A DNA stretch of 64,000 nt from the human T2T-CHM13v2.0 reference genome, Homo sapiens, in the NCBI RefSeq assembly GCF_009914755.1, contig NC_060927.1. One strand, 5' to 3'. Positions 34,201 through 47,612 of this stretch are shown one piece after another. Numbering within the stretch: position 1 is the first letter of the stretch; every line of letters starts with the position of its first letter. The notes under the pieces are model-generated. The model had not been told where the DNA came from. It worked only from the letters and a program-made list of their open reading frames with translations, and did not search any database. Both the position numbers and the translations under genes were made by a program.

Positions 34201-37200
34201 AGATATTTCCTTTTGTACCATTGGCCTCATACTGCTAGAATTTTCCACTTGCAAATTCCACAAAAAGAGTGTTTCCAATCCGCTCTGTCTAAAGGAAGGT
34301 TCAACTCTCTGATTTGAATACATACATCCCAAAAGAAGTTACTGAGAATTCTTCTGTCTAGCATTATGTGAAGAAATCCCGTTTCCAACGAAAGCCTCAA
34401 AGAGGCCCAAATATCCAGTTGCAGCATTTACAAACTGACTGTTTCCAAACTCATCTATGAAAAGAAAGGTTAAACTCTGTGAGTTGAATGCACATATCAC
34501 AAAGTAGTTCCTGAGAATGATTCTGTCTAGTTTTTATACGAAGATATTTCCTTTTCCACCAATGGCCTCAAAGTGCTTGAAATCTCCCCTTGCAAATTCC
34601 ACAGACAAGTGTCTCAAATCTGCACTGTCTAAAGGAAGGTTCAACCCTGTGAGTTGAATACACACACACAGAAAAAAATTCACTGAGAATTCTATTGTCT
34701 ATCATTACACGAAGAAATCCCGTTTACTACGAAGGCCTCAAAGAGGTCCAAATATCCAGCTGCAGACATTACAAACTGAGTGTTTCCAAAGTGCTCTATG
34801 AAAAGAAGTGTTAAACACTGTGAGTTCAATGCACACATCCCAAAGCAGTTTCTGAGAATGATTCCGTCTATTTTTTCTACGAAGATATTTCCTTTTCTAC
34901 CGTTGGCCTCAAAGCGCTTGAAATCTCCACTTGCAAATTCCACAAAAAGAGAGTTTCAAATCTGCTCTGTCTAAAGGAAGGTTCAACTCTGTGAGTTGAA
35001 TACACACCACAAAAAGAAGTTACTGAGAATTCTTCTGTCTAGCATTATATGAAAAATCCCGTTTCCAACGAAGGCCACAAAGAGGTCCAAATATCCACTT
35101 GCAGATTCTGCAAAAAGAGTGTTTCCAAACTGCTCTATGAAAAGAAACGTTAAACTCTGTGAGTTGAACGCAAACATCACAAAGTAGTTTCTGAGAATGA
35201 CTCCGTCTAGTTTTTATACGAAGATATTTCCTTTTCTACCATTCACTTCAAAGCGCTTGAAGTCTCCCCCTGAAAATTCCACAAAAAGTGTTTCAATCTG
35301 CTCCGCCTAAAGGAAGCTTCAACTCTGTGAGTTGAATACCCACAACCCAAAGAAGTTACTGAGAATTCTTCTGTCTAGCACTATATGAAGAAATCCCGTT
35401 TCCAACGAAGGCCTCAAATACATCCAAATATCCAGTTGCTGACTTTACAAACTGAGTGTTTCCAAACTGCTCTATGAAAAGAAAGGTTAAACACTGTGAG
35501 TTGAACACACACGTACCAAAGTAGTTTCTGAGAATGATTCTGTCTAGTTTGCATACGAAGATATTTCCTTTTCTACCATTGGCCTCAAAGCTTTGAAATC
35601 TCCACTTGCAAATTCCACAAAAAGAGAGTTTCAACTCTGCTGTTTCTAAAGGAAAGTTCAACTCTGAGAGTTGAATACACACCAGAAAAAGCAGTTACTG
35701 AGAAGTCTTCTGTCTAGCATTATATGAAGAAATCCCATTTCCAACGAAGACTTCAAAGAGGTCCAAATATCCACTTGCAGATTCTGCAAAAAGAGTGTTT
35801 CGAAACAACTGTATGAAAAGAAAGGTTAAACACTGTGAGTTGAACGCACACATTGCAAAGCAGTTTCTGAGAATGATTCCGTCTAATTATTATACGAAGG
35901 TATTTCCTTTTCTATCATTGGCCTCAAAGCGCTTGATACCTCCACCTGAAAATTCCACAAAAAGAGTGTTTCCAATCTACTCTGTCTAAAGGAACGTTCA
36001 ACTCTGTGAGTTGAATACACACACACAGAAAGAATTCACTGAGAATTCTTCTGTCTGGCATTACATGAAGAAATCCCGTTTCCAACGAAGGCCTCAAAGA
36101 GGTCCAAATATCCACTTGCAGATTCTGCAAAAAGAGTGTTTCAAAACCGCTCCATTAAAAGGAATGTTGAACTCTGTGAGTTGAATGCAAACATCACAAC
36201 TCAGTTTCTGAGAATGCTTCTGACTAGATTTTATGGTAAGATATTTCCTTTTCTACCGTAGGCTTCAATGCCCTGTAAATACACCCTTGCAAATTCTACA
36301 AAGAGACTGTTTCATAACTGCTCTACAGGAGGAAAGGTTCAACTCTGTGAGTTGAATGCAGAGATCACAACGTGGTTTCTGCGAATGATTCTTTGTAGTT
36401 TTTACATGAAGATATTTCGTTGTCTACCGTAGGCTTCAAAGCACTCAAAGTATTCACTTGGAACTTTTACAAAAAGAGTGTTAGAAAACTGCTCTTTCCA
36501 AAGTAAGGTTCAACTCTGTGAGTTGAATGCACACATAACAAACAAGAAGTTTCTGAGAATTCTTCTGTCCTGGTTTATATGAAGAAATCCCGTTTCCAAC
36601 GAAGGCCTCAAAGACGTTTAAATATCCACTTGCACACTTCACAAACAGAGTGTTTCCAAACTGCTCTATGAAAAGAAAGGGTAAACACTGTGAGTTGAAC
36701 GCACACATCACAAAGTAGTTTCTGAGAATGATACTGTCTAGTTTTTATACGAAGATATTTCCTTTTGTACCACTGGCCTCATACTGCTAGAATTTTCCAC
36801 TTGCAAATTCCACAAAAAGAGTGTTTCCAATCTGCTCTGTCTAAAGGAAGGTTCAACTCTGTGAGTTGAGTACACACACACAAAGAAGCTACTGAGAATT
36901 CTTTTGTCAAGAATTATAAGAAGAAATCCCCTTTCCAACCAAGGCCTCAAAGAGTTCCAAATATCCACTTGCACACTGCACAAACTAAGTCTTTCCATAC
37001 TGCTCTATGCAAAGAAATGTTCAACTCTGTGAGTTTAATACACACATCACAAAGCAGTTTCTGAGAATGATACTGTCTAGTTTTTATACGAAGATATTTC
37101 CTTTTGTACCATTGGCCTCATACTGCTAGAATTTTCCACTTGCAAATTCCACAAAAAGAGTGTTTCCAATCCGCTCTGTCTAAAGGAAGGTTCAACTCTC

Positions 37201-39615
37201 TGATTTGAATACATACATCCCAAAAGAAGTTACTGAGAATTCTTCTGTCTAGCATTATGTGAAGAAATCCCGTTTCCAACGAAAGCCTCAAAGAGGCCCA
37301 AATATCCAGTTGCAGCATTTACAAACTGACTGTTTCCAAACTCATCTATGAAAAGAAAGGTTAAACTCTGTGAGTTGAATGCGCATATCACAAAGTAGTT
37401 CCTGAGAATGATTCTGTCTAGTTTTTATACGAAGATATTTCCTTTTCCACCAATGGCCTCAAAGTGCTTGAAATCTCCCCTTGCAAATTCCACAGACAAG
37501 TGTCTCAAATCTGCACTGTCTAAAGGAAGGTTCAACCCTGTGTGTTGAATACACACACACAGAAAAAAATTCACTGAGAATTCTATTGTCTATCATTACA
37601 CGAAGAAATCCCGTTTACTACGAAGGCCTCAAAGAGGTCCAAATATCCAGCTGCAGACATTACAAACTGAGTGTTTCCAAAGTGCTCTATGAAAAGAAGT
37701 GTTAAACACTGTGAGTTCAATGCACACATCCCAAAGCAGTTTCTGAGAATGATTCCGTCTATTTTTTCTACGAAGATATTTCCTTTTCTACCGTTGGCCT
37801 CAAAGCGCTTGAAATCTCCACTTGCAAATTCCACAAAAAGAGAGTTTCAAATCTGCTCTGTCTAAAGGAAGGTTCAACTCTGTGAGTTGAATACACACCA
37901 CAAAAAGAAGTTACTGAGAATTCTTCTGTCTAGCATTATATGAAAAATCCCGTTTCCAACGAAGGCCACAAAGAGGTCCAAATATCCACTTGCAGATTCT
38001 GCAAAAAGAGTGTTTCCAAACTGCTCTATGAAAAGAAACGTTAAACTCTGTGAGTTGAACGCAAACATCACAAAGTAGTTTCTGAGAATGACTCCGTCTA
38101 GTTTTTATACGAAGATATTTCCTTTTCTACCATTCACTTCAAAGCGCTTGAAGTCTCCCCCTGAAAATTCCACAAAAAGTGTTTCCAATCTGCTCCGCCT
38201 AAAGGAAGCTTCAACTCTGTGAGTTGAATACCCACAACCCAAAGAAGTTACTGAGAATTCTTCTGTCTAGCACTATATGAAGAAATCCCGTTTCCAACGA
38301 AGGCCTCAAATACATCCAAATATCCAGTTGCTGACTTTACAAACTGAGTGTTTCCAAACTGCTCTATGAAAAGAAAGGTTAAACACTGTGAGTTGAACAC
38401 ACACGTACCAAAGTAGTTTCTGAGAATGATTCTGTCTAGTTTGCATACGAAGATATTTCCTTTTCTACCATTGGCCTCAAAGCTTTGAAATCTCCACTTG
38501 CAAATTCCACAAAAAGAGAGTTTCAACTCTGCTGTTTCTAAAGGAAAGTTCAACTCTGAGAGTTGAATACACACCAGAAAAAGCAGTTACTGAGAAGTCT
38601 TCTGTCTAGCATTATATGAAGAAATCCCATTTCCAACGAAGACTTCAAAGAGGTCCAAATATCCACTTGCAGATTCTGCAAAAAGAGTGTTTCGAAACAA
38701 CTGTATGAAAAGAAAGGTTAAACACTGTGAGTTGAACGCACACATTGCAAAGCAGTTTCTGAGAATGATTCCGTCTAATTATTATACGAAGGTATTTCCT
38801 TTTCTATCATTGGCCTCAAAGCGCTTGATACCTCCACCTGAAAATTCCACAAAAAGAGTGTTTCCAATCTACTCTGTCTAAAGGAACGTTCAACTCTGTG
38901 AGTTGAATACACACACACAGAAAGAATTCACTGAGAATTCTTCTGTCTGGCATTACATGAAGAAATCCCGTTTCCAACGAAGGCCTCAAAGAGGTCCAAA
39001 TATCCACTTGCAGATTCTGCAAAAAGAGTGTTTCAAAACCGCTCCATTAAAAGGAATGTTGAACTCTGTGAGTTGAATGCAAACATCACAACTCAGTTTC
39101 TGAGAATGCTTCTGACTAGATTTTATGGTAAGATATTTCCTTTTCTACCGTAGGCTTCAATGCCCTGTAAATACACCCTTGCAAATTCTACAAAGAGACT
39201 GCTTCATAACTGCTCTATAGGAGGAAAGGTTCAACTCTGTGAGTTGAATGCAGAGATCACAACGTGGTTTCTGCGAATGATTCTTTGTAGTTTTTACATG
39301 AAGATATTTCGTTGTCTACCGTAGGCTTCAAAGCACTCAAAGTATTCACTTGGAACTTTCACAAAAAGAGTGTTAGAAAACTGCTCTTTCCAAAGTAAGG
39401 TTCAACTCTGTGAGTTGAATGCACACATAACAAACAAGAAGTTTCTGAGAATTCTTCTGTCCTGGTTTATATGAAGAAATCCCGTTTCCAACGAAGGCCT
39501 CAAAGACGTTTAAATATCCACTTGCAGACTTCACAAACAGAGTGTTTCCAAACTGCTCTATGAAAAGAAAGGGTAAACACTGTGAGTTGAACGCACACCT
39601 CACAAAGTAGTTTCT

Positions 39616-42168
39616 GAGAATGATACTGTCTAGTTTTTATACGAAGATATTTCCTTTTGTACCATTGGCCTCATACTGCTAGAATTTTCCACTTGCAAAT
39701 TCCACAAAAAGAGTGTTTCCAATCCGCTCTGTCTAAAGGAAGGTTCAACTCTCTGATTTGAATACATACATCCCAAAAGAAGTTACTGAGAATTCTTCTG
39801 TCTAGCATTATGTGAAGAAATCCCGTTTCCAACGAAAGCCTCAAAGAGGCCCAAATATCCAGTTGCAGCATTTACAAACTGACTGTTTCCAAACTCATCT
39901 ATGAAAAGAAAGGTTAAACTCTGTGAGTTGAATGCACATATCACAAAGTAGTTCCTGAGAATGATTCTGTCTAGTTTTTATACGAAGATATTTCCTTTTC
40001 CACCAATGGCCTCAAAGTGCTTGAAATCTCCCCTTGCAAATTAAACAGACAAGTGTCTCAAATCTGCACTGTCTAAAGGAAGGTTCAACCCTGTGAGTTG
40101 AATACACACACACAGAAAAAAATTCACTGAGAATTCTATTGTCTATCATTACACGAAGAAATCCCGTTTACTACGAAGGCCTCAAAGAGGTCCAAATATC
40201 CAGCTGCAGACATTACAAACTGAGTGTTTCCAAAGTGCTCTATGAAAAGAAGTGTTAAACACTGTGAGTTCAATGCACACATCCCAAAGCAGTTTCTGAG
40301 AATGATTCCGTCTATTTTTTCTACGAAGATATTTCCTTTTCTACCGTTGGCCTCAAAGCGCTTGAAATCTCCACTTGCAAATTCCACAAAAAGAGAGTTT
40401 CAAATCTGCTCTGTCTAAAGGAAGGTTCAACTCTGTGAGTTGAATACACACCACAAAAAGAAGTTACTGAGAATTCTTCTGTCTAGCATTATATGAAAAA
40501 TCCCGTTTCCAACGAAGGCCACAAAGAGGTCCAAATATCCACTTGCAGATTCTGCAAAAAGAGTGTTTCCAAACTGCTCTATGAAAAGAAACGTTAAACT
40601 CTGTGAGTTGAACGCAAACATCACAAAGTAGTTTCTGAGAATGACTCCGTCTAGTTTTTATACGAAGATATTTCCTTTTCTACCATTCACTTCAAAGCGC
40701 TTGAAGTCTCCCCCTGAAAATTCCACAAAAAGTGTTTCCAATCTGCTCCGCCTAAAGGAAGCTTCAACTCTGTGAGTTGAATACCCACAACCCAAAGAAG
40801 TTACTGAGAATTCTTCTGTCTAGCACTATATGAAGAAATCCCGTTTCCAACGAAGGCCTCAAATACATCCAAATATCCAGTTGCTGACTTTACAAACTGA
40901 GTGTTTCCAAACTGCTCTATGAAAAGAAAGGTTAAACACTGTGAGTTGAACACACACGTACCAAAGTAGTTTCTGAGAATGATTCTGTCTAGTTTGCATA
41001 CGAAGATATTTCCTTTTCTACCATTGGCCTCAAAGCTTTGAAATCTCCACTTGCAAATTCCACAAAAAGAGAGTTTCAACTCTGCTGTTTCTAAAGGAAA
41101 GTTCAACTCTGAGAGTTGAATACACACCAGAAAAAGCAGTTACTGAGAAGTCTTCTGTCTAGCATTATATGAAGAAATCCCATTTCCAACGAAGACTTCA
41201 AAGAGGTCCAAATATCCACTTGCAGATTCTGCAAAAAGAGTGTTTCGAAACAACTGTATGAAAAGAAAGGTTAAACACTGTGAGTTGAACGCACACATTG
41301 CAAAGCAGTTTCTGAGAATGATTCCGTCTAATTATTATACGAAGGTATTTCCTTTTCTATCATTGGCCTCAAAGCGCTTGATACCTCCACCTGAAAATTC
41401 CACAAAAAGAGTGTTTCCAATCTACTCTGTCTAAAGGAACGTTCAACTCTGTGAGTTGAATACACACACACAGAAAGAATTCACTGAGAATTCTTCTGTC
41501 TGGCATTACATGAAGAAATCCCGTTTCCAACGAAGGCCTCAAAGAGGTCCAAATATCCACTTGCAGATTCTGCAAAAAGAGTGTTTCAAAACCGCTCCAT
41601 TAAAAGGAATGTTGAACTCTGTGAGTTGAATGCAAACATCACAACTCAGTTTCTGAGAATGCTTCTGACTAGATTTTATGGTAAGATATTTCCTTTTCTA
41701 CCGTAGGCTTCAATGCCCTGTAAATACACCCTTGCAAATTCTACAAAGAGACTGTTTCATAACTGCTCTATAGGAGGAAAGGTTCAACTCTGTGAGTTGA
41801 ATGCAGAGATCACAACGTGGTTTCTGCGAATGATTCTTTGTAGTTTTTACATGAAGATATTTCGTTGTCTACCGTAGGCTTCAAAGCACTCAAAGTATTC
41901 ACTTGGAACTTTTACAAAAAGAGTGTTAGAAAACTGCTCTTTCCAAAGTAAGGTTCAACTCTGTGAGTTGAATGCACACATAACAAACAAGAAGTTTCTG
42001 AGAATTCTTCTGTCCTGGTTTATATGAAGAAATCCCGTTTCCAACGAAGGCCTCAAAGACGTTTAAATATCCACTTGCAGACTTCACAAACAGAGTGTTT
42101 CCAAACTGCTCTATGAAAAGAAAGGGTAAACACTGTGAGTTGAACGCACACCTCACAAAGTAGTTTCT
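39616..42168 (-). repeat. 15-mer HOR variant (M1/M3 fusion, M2 deleted)
   Basis: 2553 bp, 339 bp short. The M2 motif TTTTGTCAAGAATTATAAG is absent and the 'MERLSL' marker ORF is missing. Confidence 0.92.
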
Positions 42169-45060
42169 GAGAATGATACTGTCTAGTTTTTATACGAAGA
42201 TATTTCCTTTTGTACCATTGGCCTCATACTGCTAGAATTTTCCACTTGCAAATTCCACAAAAAGAGTGTTTCCAATCTGCTCTGTCTAAAGGAAGGTTCA
42301 ACTCTGTGAGTTGAGTACACACACACAAAGAAGCTACTGAGAATTCTTTTGTCAAGAATTATAAGAAGAAATCCCGTTTCCAACCAAGGCCTCAAAGAGT
42401 TCCAAATATCCACTTGCACACTGCACAAACTAAGTCTTTCCATACTGCTCTATGCAAAGAAATGTTCAAGTCTGTGAGTTTAATACACACATCACAAAGC
42501 AGTTTCTGAGAATGATACTGTCTAGTTTTTATACGAAGATATTTCCTTTTGTACCATTGGCCTCATACTGCTAGAATTTTCCACTTGCAAATTCCACAAA
42601 AAGAGTGTTTCCAATCCGCTCTGTCTAAAGGAAGGTTCAACTCTCTGATTTGAATACATACATCCCAAAAGAAGTTACTGAGAATTCTTCTGTCTAGCAT
42701 TATGTGAAGAAATCCCGTTTCCAACGAAAGCCTCAAAGAGGCCCAAATATCCAGTTGCAGCATTTACAAACTGACTGTTTCCAAACTCATCTATGAAAAG
42801 AAAGGTTAAACTCTGTGAGTTGAATGCACATATCACAATGTAGTTCCTGAGAATGATTCTGTCTAGTTTTTATACGAAGATATTTCCTTTTCCACCAATG
42901 GCCTCAAAGTGCTTGAAATCTCCCCTTGCAAATTCCACAGACAAGTGTCTCAAATCTGCACTGTCTAAAGGAAGGTTCAACCCTGTGAGTTGAATACACA
43001 CACACAGAAAAAAATTCACTGAGAATTCTATTGTCTATCATTACACGAAGAAATCCCGTTTACTACGAAGGCCTCAAAGAGGTCCAAATATCCAGCTGCA
43101 GACATTACAAACTGAGTGTTTCCAAAGTGCTCTATGAAAAGAAGTGTTAAACACTGTGAGTTCAATGCACACATCCCAAAGCAGTTTCTGAGAATGATTC
43201 CGTCTATTTTTTCTACGAAGATATTTCCTTTTCTACCGTTGGCCTCAAAGCGCTTGAAATCTCCACTTGCAAATTCCACAAAAAGAGAGTTTCAAATCTG
43301 CTCTGTCTAAAGGAAGGTTCAACTCTGTGAGTTGAATACACACCACAAAAAGAAGTTACTGAGAATTCTTCTGTCTAGCATTATATGAAAAATCCCGTTT
43401 CCAACGAAGGCCACAAAGAGGTCCAAATATCCACTTGCAGATTCTGCAAAAAGAGTGTTTCCAAACTGCTCTATGAAAAGAAACGTTAAACTCTGTGAGT
43501 TGAACGCAAACATCACAAAGTAGTTTCTGAGAATGACTCCGTCTAGTTTTTATACGAAGATATTTCCTTTTCTACCATTCACTTCAAAGCGCTTGAAGTC
43601 TCCCCCTGAAAATTCCACAAAAAGTGTTTCCAATCTGCTCCGCCTAAAGGAAGCTTCAACTCTGTGAGTTGAATACCCACAACCCAAAGAAGTTACTGAG
43701 AATTCTTCTGTCTAGCACTATATGAAGAAATCCCGTTTCCAACGAAGGCCTCAAATACATCCAAATATCCAGTTGCTGACTTTACAAACTGAGTGTTTCC
43801 AAACTGCTCTATGAAAAGAAAGGTTAAACACTGTGAGTTGAACACACACGTACCAAAGTAGTTTCTGAGAATGATTCTGTCTAGTTTGCATACGAAGATA
43901 TTTCCTTTTCTACCATTGGCCTCAAAGCTTTGAAATCTCCACTTGCAAATTCCACAAAAAGAGAGTTTCAACTCTGCTGTTTCTAAAGGAAAGTTCAACT
44001 CTGAGAGTTGAATACACACCAGAAAAAGCAGTTACTGAGAAGTCTTCTGTCTAGCATTATATGAAGAAATCCCATTTCCAACGAAGACTTCAAAGAGGTC
44101 CAAATATCCACTTGCAGATTCTGCAAAAAGAGTGTTTCGAAACAACTGTATGAAAAGAAAGGTTAAACACTGTGAGTTGAACGCACACATTGCAAAGCAG
44201 TTTCTGAGAATGATTCCGTCTAATTATTATACGAAGGTATTTCCTTTTCTATCATTGGCCTCAAAGCGCTTGATACCTCCACCTGAAAATTCCACAAAAA
44301 GAGTGTTTCCAATCTACTCTGTCTAAAGGAACGTTCAACTCTGTGAGTTGAATACACACACACAGAAAGAATTCACTGAGAATTCTTCTGTCTGGCATTA
44401 CATGAAGAAATCCCGTTTCCAACGAAGGCCTCAAAGAGGTCCAAATATCCACTTGCAGATTCTGCAAAAAGAGTGTTTCAAAACCGCTCCATTAAAAGGA
44501 ATGTTGAACTCTGTGAGTTGAATGCAAACATCACAACTCAGTTTCTGAGAATGCTTCTGACTAGATTTTATGGTAAGATATTTCCTTTTCTACCGTAGGC
44601 TTCAATGCCCTGTAAATACACCCTTGCAAATTCTACAAAGAGACTGTTTCATAACTGCTCTACAGGAGGAAAGGTTCAACTCTGTGAGTTGAATGCAGAG
44701 ATCACAACGTGGTTTCTGCGAATGATTCTTTGTAGTTTTTACATGAAGATATTTCGTTGTCTACCGTAGGCTTCAAAGCACTCAAAGTATTCACTTGGAA
44801 CTTTTACAAAAAGAGTGTTAGAAAACTGCTCTTTCCAAAGTAAGGTTCAACACTGTGAGTTGAATGCACACATAACAAACAAGAAGTTTCTGAGAATTCT
44901 TCTGTCCTGGTTTATAGGAAGAAATCCCGTTTCCAACGAAGGCCTCAAAGACGTTTAAATATCCACTTGCAGACTTCACAAACAGAGTGTTTCCAAACTG
45001 CTCTATGAAAAGAAAGGGTAAACACTGTGAGTTGAACGCACACCTCACAAAGTAGTTTCT

Positions 45061-47612
45061 GAGAATGATACTGTCTAGTTTTTATACGAAGATATTTCCT
45101 TTTGTACCATTGGCCTCATACTGCTAGAATTTTCCACTTGCAAATTCCACAAAAAGAGTGTTTCCAATCCGCTCTGTCTAAAGGAAGGTTCAACTCTCTG
45201 ATTTGAATACATACATCCCAAAAGAAGTTACTGAGAATTCTTCTGTCTAGCATTATGTGAAGAAATCCCGTTTCCAACGAAAGCCTCAAAGAGGCCCAAA
45301 TATCCAGTTGCAGCATTTACAAACTGACTGTTTCCAAACTCATCTATGAAAAGAAAGGTTAAACTCTGTGAGTTGAATGCACATATCACAAAGTAGTTCC
45401 TGAGAATGATTCTGTCTAGTTTTTATACGAAGATATTTCCTTTTCCACCAATGGCCTCAAAGTGCTTGAAATCTCCCCTTGCAAATTCCACAGACAAGTG
45501 TCTCAAATCTGCACTGTCTAAAGGAAGGTTCAACCCTGTGAGTTGAATACACACACACAGAAAAAAATTCACTGAGAATTCTATTGTCTATCATTACACG
45601 AAGAAATCCCGTTTACTACGAAGGCCTCAAAGAGGTCCAAATATCCAGCTGCAGACATTACAAACTGAGTGTTTCCAAAGTGCTCTATGAAAAGAAGTGT
45701 TAAACACTGTGAGTTCAATGCACACATCCCAAAGCAGTTTCTGAGAATGATTCCGTCTATTTTTTCTACGAAGATATTTCCTTTTCTACCGTTGGCCTCA
45801 AAGCGCTTGAAATCTCCACTTGCAAATTCCACAAAAAGAGAGTTTCAAATCTGCTCTGTCTAAAGGAAGGTTCAACTCTGTGAGTTGAATACACACCACA
45901 AAAAGAAGTTACTGAGAATTCTTCTGTCTAGCATTATATGAAAAATCCCGTTTCCAACGAAGGCCACAAAGAGGTCCAAATATCCACTTGCAGATTCTGC
46001 AAAAAGAGTGTTTCCAAACTGCTCTATGAAAAGAAACGTTAAACTCTGTGAGTTGAACGCAAACATCACAAAGTAGTTTCTGAGAATGACTCCGTCTAGT
46101 TTTTATACGAAGATATTTCCTTTTCTACCATTCACTTCAATGCGCTTGAAGTCTCCCCCTGAAAATTCCACAAAAAGTGTTTCCAATCTGCTCCGCCTAA
46201 AGGAAGCTTCAACTCTGTGAGTTGAATACCCACAACCCAAAGAAGTTACTGAGAATTCTTCTGTCTAGCATTATATGAAGAAATCCCGTTTCCAACGAAG
46301 GCCTCAAATACATCCAAATATCCAGTTGCTGACTTTACAAACTGAGTGTTTCCAAACTGCTCTATGAAAAGAAAGGTTAAACACTGTGAGTTGAACACAC
46401 ACGTACCAAAGTAGTTTCTGAGAATGATTCTGTCTAGTTTGCATACGAAGATATTTCCTTTTCTACCATTGGCCTCAAAGCTTTGAAATCTCCACTTGCA
46501 AATTCCACAAAAAGAGAGTTTCAACTCTGCTGTTTCTAAAGGAAAGTTCAACTCTGAGAGTTGAATACACACCAGAAAAAGCAGTTACTGAGAAGTCTTC
46601 TGTCTAGCATTATATGAAGATATCCCATTTCCAACGAAGACTTCAAAGAGGTCCAAATATCCACTTGCAGATTCTGCAAAAAGAGTGTTTCGAAACAACT
46701 GTATGAAAAGAAAGGTTAAACACTGTGAGTTGAACGCACACATTGCAAAGCAGTTTCTGAGAATGATTCCGTCTAATTATTATACGAAGGTATTTCCTTT
46801 TCTATCATTGGCCTCAAAGCGCTTGATACCTCCACCTGAAAATTCCACAAAAAGAGTGTTTCCAATCTACTCTGTCTAAAGGAACGTTCAACTCTGTGAG
46901 TTGAATACACACACACAGAAAGAATTCACTGAGAATTCTTCTGTCTGGCATTACATGAAGAAATCCCGTTTCCAACGCAGGCCTCAAAGAGGTCCAAATA
47001 TCCACTTGCAGATTCTGCAAAAAGAGTGTTTCAAAACCGCTCCATTAAAAGGAATGTTGAACTCTGTGAGTTGAATGCAAACATCACAACTCAGTTTCTG
47101 AGAATGCTTCTGACTAGATTTTATGGTAAGATATTTCCTTTTCTACCGTAGGCTTCAATGCCCTGTAAATACACCCTTGCAAATTCTACAAAGAGACTGC
47201 TTCATAACTGCTCTATAGGAGGAAAGGTTCAACTCTGTGAGTTGAATGCAGAGATCACAACGTGGTTTCTGCGAATGATTCTTTGTAGTTTTTACATGAA
47301 GATATTTCGTTGTCTACCGTAGGCTTCAAAGCACTCAAAGTATTCACTTGGAACTTTTACAAAAAGAGTGTTAGAAAACTGCTCTTTCCAAAGTAAGGTT
47401 CAACTCTGTGAGTTGAATGCACACATAACAACAAGAAGTTTCTGAGAATTCTTCTGTCCTGGTTTATATGAAGAAATCCCGTTTCCAACGAAGGCCTCAA
47501 AGACGTTTAAATATCCACTTGCAGACTTCACAAACAGAGTGTTTCCAAACTGCTCTATGAAAAGAAAGGGTAAACACTGTGAGTTGAACGCACACATCAC
47601 AAAGTAGTTTCT
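45061..47612 (-). repeat. 15-mer HOR variant; also contains the 19.6 kb duplication junction
   Basis: 2552 bp with M2 absent. The distal part carries the alleles of the 25158 unit. Confidence 0.9.
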
